Of a stretch of DNA of 64,000 nt, positions 13,749-24,121 are shown one piece after another. The stretch's first letter is position 1. Each line of letters opens with the position of its first letter. The notes beneath the pieces were generated by a model that searched no databases, was not told where the DNA came from, and worked only from the letters and a program-made list of their open reading frames with translations. The translations under genes and the position numbers were made by a program. Source of the stretch: Penicillus capitatus (lineage: Eukaryota; Plantae; Chlorophyta); assembly GCA_965649825.1 (NCBI GenBank), contig OZ287701.1, positions 485,101 to 549,100 on the forward strand. Reading direction: 5' to 3'.

Positions 13749-14018
13749 TAGAGATCTATTAGATCTAGAAGTGGGAGTGTCCTGGGCCTTCTTGGAAGAC
13801 GTCGAAGTGCTGGGGGAATGATGAAGCTGTCACATCATTCCTCCTCTTCTGGCTCCTTCTTCACCGAGAGCAGTCCCTTCAGCTTCATAGCCAACGCCCG
13901 ATCGAGATCTGGACGCCTCTCATGTGTCACCTGAACACTCGAACGCCGTCACATCACTATCCTATGTAAGAGAGCGGGCAATCGGATTGAGTCTCAGAGC
14001 AGATCTTGATCGATCTCA

Positions 14019-14475
14019 TCAACGATGCGACAGCATCTCAACACTAGCATGAATTTTGACATCATCGACGGCAGACGCTCCCTCGTACCTTGAGGATATC
14101 TTCATAGCAGGTTTTGGCTGAGGTAAAAGGCACGATGTGTTCGATCGTGGCCGAACTGGGACGATGACTGTGTGGTTCAATTTCGATGACTTTGATCGTC
14201 CCTTCTTCATCTCCCATTGCCAAATCGAATGCCACGACATGACGCAGTCCTGTGCACAGGATGGCGTTCTATGTGTGGAGGAGGTCAGTATCTGCCGTAC
14301 CGGTGTAGCCTGCCACATGGAGGCCATAGAGGTTGCCGACTTCACTGCTCGCTTGAACGTGGCGATCGCCGCCAACCGACGTGATGCGACCTTTGATGTA
14401 TTTGCTGTTTTTCTGGACACATGACCAGACGAGTTCTGGCGAGGCGCACGGGAAATCAGAAATGTCTAAACCCAT
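14019..14475 (-). CDS. RPL28: Divergent ribosomal protein L28e-family protein
   Basis: ATG at 14475 gives MGLDISDFPCASPELVWSCVQKNSKYIKGRITSVGGDRHVQASSEVGNLYGLHVAGYTG/LRHVVAFDL..., matching the L28e N-terminal pattern (S-x-E-L-x-W-x-x-V-x-x-N...F-S-x-E-x-x-N-L...Y-S-G-L). One clear GT-AG intron. The 3' end is uncertain and the canonical C-terminal helix was not found. Confidence 0.55.
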
Positions 14476-14767
14476 CGTCGATACGGGCGATTCACCAACA
14501 GCCGCCGACACACGAACAGACGTCGCATCAAACATCCCGATCGATTGAACGAACATACACCCACCATGCATCGAACGTTCCGCGGAGCGAAGGTTGTCGC
14601 ACGGACAGCACGGCGATACACGTCCGAAACGTTTTCGAAAGTAAACAACCCGCTCCGATATCTTTCGTTCAACCGTCTCAGGTCCCTCCTTTCGTCCAAG
14701 AGGCCCCATCTTCGCCAATCGACCCTCCGACCGCGCACACTCTCGGGTATCGCACGCATCGGCACCG

Positions 14768-16797
14768 ATGAACGCTTCCAAGTGCATGATGGTGCAGAGA
14801 TGGCGGCACGGAAGAACCAAATCGCGAGCCGGTGCAGAAATGGCAGGCGATCGAGCGGGATCGTCGTGGACGATTTGGTACGACGTGGTCATCGGGACGT
14901 GGTCGATCGGGCGAAACACCGTTCGAAGAGGTTCGATCGACGCGATCGCTGTCATCGACCTTTCGATCGACGGGTCTGGCGTATCACGCATGGGAGAAAC
15001 GACTGGAGGAGAAGCCCCTTCCCGCGATGCCCATTCTCACTTCTCTGCGCCGAAAGAATGCCACGCAGCTATCGGTCGTCAACGATGACGTCATATCTAT
15101 TCTGAGAGATGTGACGACGCTCAGCGGGGCGTTCATGAGTATGTACTGCCGACATGGTAGCATGGAAGAGGCACAAAGCGTCCTCCATTCCCGCGCCATT
15201 TCTTGGATCGAGCAACTGTGCCTTCAACTGCGCGATGGCCGTTACGAATTTCCGATCGTTTCGCAGCTAGAGCCAAAGAGCATGGATCAACCCAAGTATG
15301 ATGGGACGTTGCACGAAGTGCCGCCGTGGTGGCACAAGACGATACCTGAGGCGATACGACTAACATTAGAGGCTGTGTTTGAGCCTCACTTTCTTAAAAG
15401 TGCCCACGGCTACCGTCCCGGTAAAGGATGCTACACAGCCCTGAAGGAAGTGAAGTATGGATTTGCTGGAGTGGATTACCTGATAGTCGGCGATCTGAGT
15501 CGCTGCTTAGAGACCTTTGATCAGACAATACTGCTCAATGCCATACGGGAACGCATCTCGGATCCCGCTTTTCTGAGACTTGTGGAGAAATGCTTGGCTC
15601 AAGACTATGTCGATCTGTCCGTCGTCGACTACAAGAATATCGGATTGCCGCAGCCGACGCTGTTGGGCCCCATTCTGTGCAATATCTATCTCCATGCACT
15701 GGATGTCTGGTTGCAAAATTGGTCTCAGTGTCTCAGCGTTGGCGGCGACGTGCGAGATGCCGCGGGGAATATCTATGCCGTCGTTGAGAATCGCAGGCGA
15801 TTCGGGATGACTCGTCTGGAAGATGCCAGGGCATGGAAATCGCCAACACTCCAAGGCATGACCCATGATGGGACAGCAGCTCCTTACGGATCGCATGAGA
15901 TGGCTGTGTAGGTGTGCGCTACGTCCGCTATGGGAATACGTTCTTGATCGGCGTCCACGGATCCGACAGCGATGTGGATCAGTTCGAAGTGGACCTCGCG
16001 CGCTTCATCAAGACGCGTCTCCATCTGTCATACAAGCAGTTTCAGTACAATCGTGCCTTGGCCACGTCTCCAGACAAGGAATACGTTGTCTTTCTGGGTG
16101 CCGAGGTGTACGTTGCCCCACAGATCTCTTCTCCGGGTCTGCATCCCGCATCCTCCGAGGCCGGGCAGTTACCCAACCGTCCGCGACTGTGCGTCCCAGC
16201 ACGGTTGTTGATGAAGAAGCTCGAAGAGAACGGTTTCGTCGAGACGGCGCGTAAACGGCCACGCTATTGTCATCGATTGGTCATGTGGGAATGTCATGAA
16301 ATCGTGAAGTACTATGACATCGTGATCAAGTTGTTCTGCATGTACTACACATTTGCAGACAACTATCACTGCTTGCTCCTTCTGTACGACGTCATGAAGC
16401 AATCATGCTCATTGACACTTGCCCGAAAATTGCGGCTCAAGCGCATGTGGCATGTGCATAAGCGATTGGAGAAAGATTTGATCGTGCGCGATATGGAAGG
16501 GGTGGCGCTCGCTTCCTTCGAACGTCCACGATTCGAGCGGCCGTTTGATCCATTCGTCGGTCGCGATGTGAATCCATTTGTCAGGTGTGAATCCATATGT
16601 CATCTTCTATCTATTCTCAGCAAAGAGTGTGTCTTTACCCCAATGATGTGATGGATGTGTTGTCTAGGATCGAACGCCCGTCCAGGCCGAAGTTCCCACC
16701 CGTCAAGCTAGGCGAAGCTTTTCACGAACCTCAGTTTCCCATGAGTAAAATGGAACGCTCCGTCCGTTCCAAGATTTTGGAAGGACAGCAGTCATAA
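14768..16797 (+). CDS. Nuclear-encoded group II intron maturase (nMAT-like): degenerate RT domain plus domain X
   Basis: RT motifs: EAIRLTLEAVFEPHFLKSAHGYRPGKGCYTAL, GDLSRCLETFD, GLPQPTLLGPILCNIYLHALDVW, and YVRYGNTFLIG (canonical YADD replaced by YGNT). Domain X: LCVPARLLMKKLEENGF...YYTFADNY...SCSLTLARKLRLK. Split by spliceosomal introns (~15856-15911 and 16585-16667); stop TAA at 16797. The N-terminus is R/S-rich and acid-poor. Confidence 0.9.
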
Positions 16798-17144
16798 CAA
16801 ACAACATAAGAAAGCATCATTTGACTTTTTCAAATGCGGAAAGCAAAGGCACATGGTTAGCTTTATCCGACAGTCCACGCCTATCATGTGTGCTTTATTG
16901 CAGATAGAGTGGCGGCCTCCGTTGCTGGGAAGGATGAAGAAAGGAAGGAATCAAGGAGTACACAGAAGGAGTAAGTCCGTATACGAGGCCAACAGTCAAG
17001 GATGAAGACGACAGATGTTCAGTAGATACACGTAGTAGTAGTAGTAGATTCATCTTTCAACTTGAAACAACGCATGGACGTGACTGGTAAGCTGATGAAA
17101 CGACGAGGCCATTCTCAAGAGTACTGTCATCCTTCTTCCTTTCT

Positions 17145-18596
17145 TCAAAGCAAGACTTTTCCCTCAAAGCTTGTCAACGCTATCGAAAATGCCTGGACCG
17201 TAGAAATAATAGATGGATTAAAGTCCATGATGAAAACATTGGTGTCCACCTGGGCATCACACACAGATGTCATTGCCAGGGCCCATCATGATGTGATGTG
17301 ACGTCTTGTTGGCTGTACCTTTCCGAACTGCATAACGACCTTACCAGCCCCATCCGAGTCACAGATCAGTTGGAAGTTCTTAACGGATGCGAGTTTCACA
17401 CGTCCTCTAAAATTCAGACACCAGCACTTGAGGCCTTCATTCCAGTGCGGCGGTTTATTGACGAGCTTCATGTTGCTGGAGTCCACACATTGCTGACGCG
17501 GTTCCACAGATTCCTTACACAAAACTACATCGCCCATCTCACTCTTTCATCCAAACACTCTCACTCTTAGACAGAACACACCTAGTGAAGATCGAGGAGA
17601 TATCGTCTCTGCTTCGGCTTCATCTCCTATGGGCCGATAAACTCGATGCCGATGACAGAGACGCTCCATCAGTTTTTGCCTGCGCTCCTGCTGGGCGTCA
17701 CCTCCACAGGGGAGAGAGTTATTCAATGGCTTGGGCAAAGACACATGTAACCTACACAGAGATATCCATCACACTTTTCTCTCTGTGCATCTCACTCTTT
17801 TTGACGTTTACCGTCTCGGACGCATCATCCCTTTCATTCGAAGCTTATACTTTACAGATGCAAGGGTCTCGTGTCGTGGTAAGTCCATCCCCACTTCTGA
17901 CCGGGAGAGAGCGCAGGAGAAGAAGGAGGGCTCGCATCTCGTCAGTTTATGACTGGTGCCCAGTACGTTCGATACCATCTTCGCACAAGGAAGTCCCGTT
18001 CCTTGATACGTCAAGAATATCGACGTATGCTGCCTACAGCACCCAGAGATGCCGATCGTCTCACGAGAGAGATGGCACCATGGATGCTGGGTAGCGGAGA
18101 GAAGGAATTTTGAATGTGTGGACGATGGGTCATTTCCCAAGAACAGGCGATAAAGTGTCGAGGTCCCTCTGAGCTTCCCTGTCTGGCTCTCTCGTACAAT
18201 GTAGCACTTAATCATCGCGCTTTCTGCTCGTGGACTGAGAGCAAAGAGCTGAGCGGGATGCGTCAGTGTCATGGGAGATGGTCCTTCCCAGAGATTTCGA
18301 AAAAGACGCGGGGCTGCGGCTTGTTTCCAACTCCGACAGACAGTGCTCATTGCGAAGAGAGACTGAACGGTTTGCCATCCCTGCGTGATATTCTCGAGAT
18401 TCTGCAAGATGAGGGCGACAAGCGATTCCGGCAATTCATTCCAAGGCGTCGAGGCGTCGTCGCCGTCTTCCTCGTTGTTGAGTGCGTCGCGGCGGAGAGA
18501 GGCTGTTCTGTGCGCAATGGGCGAAACGCGACGTCTTAGAAAACGTGGACGATCCTCCGAACGCACTGACGGACGCTGTCCTTCGGTTTCAACCAT
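17145..18596 (-). CDS. TLP: Tubby-like F-box protein
   Basis: N-terminal F-box ([18 protein letters not shown]...MSTVCRSWK) and C-terminal Tub domain ([33 protein letters not shown]...[16 protein letters not shown]...[14 protein letters not shown]). Confidence 0.93.
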
Positions 18597-18744
18597 TCGC
18601 TGAGTAGCACGACGCAAGGTGGCGCAAAAATGGGTGGAGCGAAAAGAATCGCGGTCGTGTCGTTCAGAATCTAAGCACAGATGAGCGACCGCGTCACAGG
18701 CAATCCACCGTCTGTTGAACGTACATACACTTCGAGTGCAGCAG

Positions 18745-20868
18745 CTATCCGTCGCATTCACTGGGAGCGGACGTCGCTGGAGGGGCGGCAGACGTCACAT
18801 CCGTCGTGGATGTGGGCACGTCGGCGAGGGGTGCCGAAGAAAAGACAGGGAAAGGAAGCATGGTTGGTGCGGCGCCATTCCAAGAGGTCCCTTGACGGCA
18901 CATGGGCAGTGATGTGACCCACGGAGGCGAAGAGCGCATGGCGGCGAGGAGATCGCTGTGCGAACGGCGATTGCCAGGTGGGCGGCCTGGGCGACCAGCG
19001 CCTCGACCGCGTCCTCGGCCACGTTTCGGCGGAGCCCTGGCTCCCTGAAACGCTGTCGACCGCATCGTCCTCTTCTCCGGCAGTTTTCTGCGTTTGGCAT
19101 CGAGGCCTCCCAGGACACAGAGGTGCCGTTCACGCTCAGCCAGTTCCATCTGCATGAACGCCCTCGTCACACGTGGTCGTCCGTTGGCGTTGATGTGACC
19201 TGTTGGTGCTTGGTAATATAGATATCGTCTGAGATATCTTCTTCGGAAGACCCCTCATCTGCCGACAGCTGCAGTGCCTGCATGACTTCCTGCGGCATCG
19301 TCGCGGAGGGATCCGTCTCTAAACTTTGCTTCAGCATCCGTTTGGCGTTCTCCCATTTCTCTGATTTGTCCGGTGTAATTTCGAGGATACTGGGAACAGT
19401 GATGTTCATCCGGGTCGGCTTCTCCACGCTTGCACTGGCGCCGAAGGATTCGCTGTGGTGCAGCGCGTGTTCAAAGTCACGGCGCGATCGCTTGGGTTCC
19501 AGAATCTCTGTCGAAGAGGCCGGCTTCTTCCGCAGAGAGCTGGTTTTTTGAATGGGTCGTGCTGTGGAGTACATCCTCGATTGACTGATCTGAAAGCACC
19601 CACCCACCTACCCGTGAGCAAAGGAGGATCGATGGCGAAGAGGGAGATGACTCGTTGGCGTGTGGACAGAAGGGCAGTAAGTCGCGTGAGTTCTTCGCCC
19701 AGGATTCCCAGACTGGCATGGAGACGACCAGGGTAGCACTCTTCGTCGCAGCTGTCCTCGGCGTCAGAATCCGATTCGAGTGGTGGCGGCTGGCGCCGCC
19801 GTTCGATCTCGGACATAAATTCTGGACGCGTCATTGGCGGCGCCGCCGTTCGATCCATTCCGTACTTTACCGTCTCTTCCTCGTCGTACGGCCGAGCAGC
19901 ATAGTGATCCAAATAAGAACGCAGCTCCCGCATGCGTAATTGCAACCACCTATCACACATCCATGACGTCACACACGCTCTCCCAAAAAGAGTGAGATCC
20001 TACACACTGCGCCGTTCCAGAATCTCCCGTTCATCCGTAGCCCGAAACGGTTGCGCCGCCTGCGTCAGCACCGCCGGCATCACCACAGGATCTTTCCACT
20101 CTTCATACCGCACGGCATCTTCGATGGCATCCTGTCAAAGAGTCCACGAACGGAGTGATGGAGTGGTCGAGAGAGAGAGAGAGAGAGGTCACACATTGAG
20201 GGTGTTCTGCATCTTCATGACGGATGGACATCCCTGCCCTCTCATGTCGCCCTCGGCATCCGTTTCCGAAAACGAACTGTACCCATCTCCTGCCATACTT
20301 CCATAGACCTCTCCCCCATCCTCCGCCATCTCTTCTTCCGCCTCTAACGGACTCTGCATCGCTCTGGGCGATTCAGGCGGGACAATGAGGAAAGGATTCA
20401 TGGGCGGCGTCAATTCCTTCTCTTCGAATTCTCGTGCTTCCTCTTCGGCAGCAGCAGCGGGACCCCCAGGATGCAAGAGATAGATCGCCTGGCGTCCCTC
20501 GACGTCCACCTCACGCAATCGCTCGTTGCCCTCTTTGTTGAGCGATACAGCAACGCGGTAGACCACACTCTTCTTGTCATTGAAGTACAGTGCGTTGCGC
20601 AGCATGAGATTGAAATCGGCGAGGAACGCCCCCCACGTGCGATACTGGCGCGTGTCGATTTTTTCGCGCATCATCGAAAAACACATTGGCTTCTCGATCA
20701 CCTGAACCCAAGATCGGCACCGTCAAGCGCAACCGTCAGGAAACATACCGACGAGTAGCCTGGCGCCTCGGCTTCCGTCACCGGCAGAGCGAAGTAGCCA
20801 AATCGATCGATCTGACACAGTCGATTAAGTATCCGATTGAGCACTTTGCCCGGTTCGAATTTGGACAT
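18745..20868 (-). CDS. Bromodomain protein with C-terminal PEHE-like motif and GRP/RG-rich tail
   Basis: Bromodomain: DRFGYFALPVTEAEAPGYSS/VIEKPMCFSMMREKI...FNLMLRNALYFN. Later exons give EEDISDDIYITKHQQ/...MELAERER, resembling the PEHE signature (EDLSD...RH...E..ER), followed by KRGRGRGRGAGRPGRPP. Confidence 0.8.
20169..20186. repeat. (GA)9 microsatellite within an intron of the bromodomain gene
   Basis: Perfect GA run read directly from the sequence. Confidence 0.9.
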
Positions 20869-21296
20869 CGTATCGACAAGCGAACGAACAAACAAACGCA
20901 CAAGCGCGCAGCAACGTCGACAAGACAAGCGGCGAAATGCAGACGGCACATTAAAAGGCACATTTGACGCACGTCACATCACGTCTGCATAACGCTCAAT
21001 TCCGAATGTCGGATTCTCTGGCGGCTTTGGTGGTGGTGATGAGAAGCAACAACTACTACACAGATAAAAAAGAATGATAGATAAGACCACCCTTGCTCAA
21101 ATTTTTTCCAGTTTTAAGAAGCATGTACGTGTGTGTATGTCTTACTCTCAAGGATTGTCCACATTCATTATCTCAGCCGTACACATCAGCAGCGGCAAAA
21201 AATAACCAACATTGCAACATAGTTAATATACAGACAGCAAGGACTTCGCTGTTCGGTGCGAGAAATGGTCAACGAGATCTCTGCGTTCTCGTTCTC

Positions 21297-24050
21297 TCAG
21301 AATTCAACCATCTGATTCTTTTTCCAGCCCAGATGAAGGAGATTCGGTTTACAGGCGATGTCCAGCATCGGCTTGGGGCCACACATCAAGACGAGACCAT
21401 CGTCTGAGGCCGAGTAGATTGATTGATTCAACATAGCTTGGTTGACAAATCCAGATGAATAGCTCCATTTGGCAGGCGGGGCATCTAACGTGTACCAGAT
21501 GTCAAAGTTGGCGTGTTGATGGGACAGCTCTTCAAGTTCTTTGTGGAGTAAGATGTCGTCAATCGATCGATTGGCATAAAGCAGCTTGATCTGCGTGGTA
21601 TCTGAAGGATCGCTCAGGACAGCTTTGATGATTTGATACATGGGTGTAATACCGGTACCTCCGGCGATCATTGAGAGCTGCTTTATCGTGCCTGGACGTC
21701 GATTCTTGATATACGTCCCTGTGCCAGTATAAGTAAAGTGTCCGATGGGGCCCTTGACATCCAAGGTGTCCCCGATCTTGAGCGTGTCCAAGTACTGTGA
21801 CATCTTGCCACCGTCCGGAAATTTGGGATGCACATGTGCGCGGTAGATCTTGACGACCAGGTCGAAATGACCCAGATCACTATCGGAGCTAGAAGGCGTG
21901 TAGGCTCTCATGCACGGCTCTCCACCAATATCTGCCACAAGAACAGATCATAAGCAGCAAAGCGGGGCGGTGTTTATCCACCTGCATAGATAAACATGTG
22001 TTGCCCAACGGGCAGTCCCAGTCGATGCTCTGGCGATGGCAGAGCAAATCGAAAGAGACGCGTGTCGTGGCTCAGCTCGATCTTTTCCGAAAGGGCAAAT
22101 GCCGTTTTCTTTTTGGGATTGAGCGCGACAAGTGCTCCTGCCGGGTCTTCTGTATCGTTCTTTGTCGGAATGGCATCGGATGGACCCGTCAGATCTCCAA
22201 TGTAGTAATTCTGTAGCAGTGCCTTGGCATTGGCAGAATGAATGGCGTTGAATTCGACGGTGGCGTCCGATCCTGCCTCGATCAGAATAGACTCGGCACC
22301 GCCAGGGTGATCCTCCAAGTAGGACGTCGCATCGTACACCTTTCCTTCGTGCACAAACCAACACGAGGCCTCTGTCCTGTGCTTGGCCACTTCCTCCATC
22401 GAAAATGTCTTCTTCGCTGAAACAGCATCCACATGGTTGGTGGTTGGGCATAGGCAGACATAGAGGTCAGGAGGTACCTGGCATCTCAAGGGGAACAGGA
22501 GGCAAGGCACTGGGAGCGGAATTCTCTCCATCCGCATTGGCCTCTTCCCTCCATCCCGTATTACCCAGAACGCCCATCTCTGTCGGCGCTGGATGTTGAA
22601 ATCTGAGGGCGATTTCGCCGTCCGTCTGTACGTGTTTGTGAATCCGAACTCTGAAATGACAGTTGTTCATCATTCCCATCACATTCCAAGTGATCTTATC
22701 CGGTTGGATGTTCTGGGATGAGTCTACCGCACGCACAAGGAGCTCCTCTGTTTTAAGGAAGTCCGAAACCTGCAGTTGCAATCGCCACATCACCCAGGTC
22801 CACGATTTCCCATAGCCGTTGTCCGAAGGCATCCGATCGATCTCGGCCTGACGCCACGTGGAGCCAGAATCGATAGAGACCTCCACTCGAATGACATAAC
22901 GGCCGCCACCCGTGTAAGCATAGCCCTTCACAGTGTACGGTTTGTCCCTCTTGAGACTCAAGGTCTCGTCATGCCACGGCCGAGCCACAGCCGAATTGAT
23001 ATTGAGCTCATTGATAATGTACTCTGGCTTGTACCACCATCCTAAAGGCAGATCTTATATACGATCGCATACGGTATGCTCAGCATGAGATACCCTCTTT
23101 CTCAGCCAGAGTCTCGTTGACATGAGGTGGCAGAACACGGTTGTCATGGTAGTGATAGAAATTCGTGCTTTCGTTGTTTGTCACAGTTATTTCGCTAAGC
23201 CATTTGACCATGCGCCCACCGATGAATCCAGGAATGATCATTCGGACGGGGAAGCCGTGATCGGGTGTCAGCCAACGGCCGTTCTGCTTGTAGGCCAAGA
23301 GAACGTCGTTGGATGGGTCCATGGCATGACCCAACGTCAGTGATGTACCGTAAGAACCGTCATCGCCTTTCGGCAACTCACCCTTCGGTCCGCGGAAGCA
23401 CACATAGTTTGCTCCCTCTCTTGGACCTTTTGTCCCCACGTGTCTCAGAATATCACTCAGTCGCACACCTAAGTCACTCAAACGTCAAATCATCTCACTC
23501 TTTTGCGCGGTGTTTACCGGTCCAGTAAGAACAGGAGGTGGCGGTGGGACCCCAGTTAAACCCAATCGACTTTTTGATCGTGTTCTCTTCTTTGCGTCGG
23601 TTGCCGGCGCAGGTGACTGTGACAGGGACAGTCACACTTTCGAATTGAATGATCTCATCCATCGTGAGTGACATGGGACGATCGACAAGTCCCGTGATCT
23701 CAACGCGATGACTTTTCCAATCCAATTTTGGCACGGCGCCGTGATTGCGCACGAGATGCAGCGAGACCGGCGTGACGAATCCCGCCTTCATGAGTAGGTC
23801 CATTGGCGGCTCGCAGTTGAGGGGATGACGTCCCGTCAGACGCAGAATCGCAGGATGGCGTGGAATCCAGCTATCCGGTGTGCCGACATCTTTCGCGTCA
23901 ATCTCGTGCGCGGGGAGGTGAAGGTCCCACGCGTCAGAGCTCTTGTCCAGCTCTATAGCACAGACGGTCGAACGAAGCCGGTCGTCATTGCGTCGTCGTA
24001 CGTTTTTCGACTGGAGCACCGAGTGCCGCGTGGGCGAGGGTGGCAGCCAT
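21297..24050 (-). CDS. NIA: Assimilatory nitrate reductase [NAD(P)H]
   Basis: Mo-cofactor domain (RLTGRHPLNCEPP, LVRNHGAVP, CAGNRRKE, PDHGFPVRMIIPGFIGGRMVKWL), dimerisation domain (WNVMGMMNNC), cytochrome b5 (HPGG), FAD domain (HRLGLPVGQH, RAYTP) and NAD domain (MIAGGTGITP, MCGP). ATG at 24050 followed by a 67-nt intron. Confidence 0.98.
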
Positions 24051-24121
24051 GACGATGAAGGAAGTTCGCAATGAAGACAAGCGGCTAAAGAATCCGAATT
24101 CGCTGATTAAATCTCAAAGCA

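Noticed and set aside
14768-16900. Intact mobile group II intron or organellar insertion (NUMT/NUPT) around the maturase
   Set aside because: I recognised no domain V/VI hairpin or GUGYG 5' end, there is no organellar host gene, and the GC content matches the nuclear flanks. The ORF carries spliceosomal introns.
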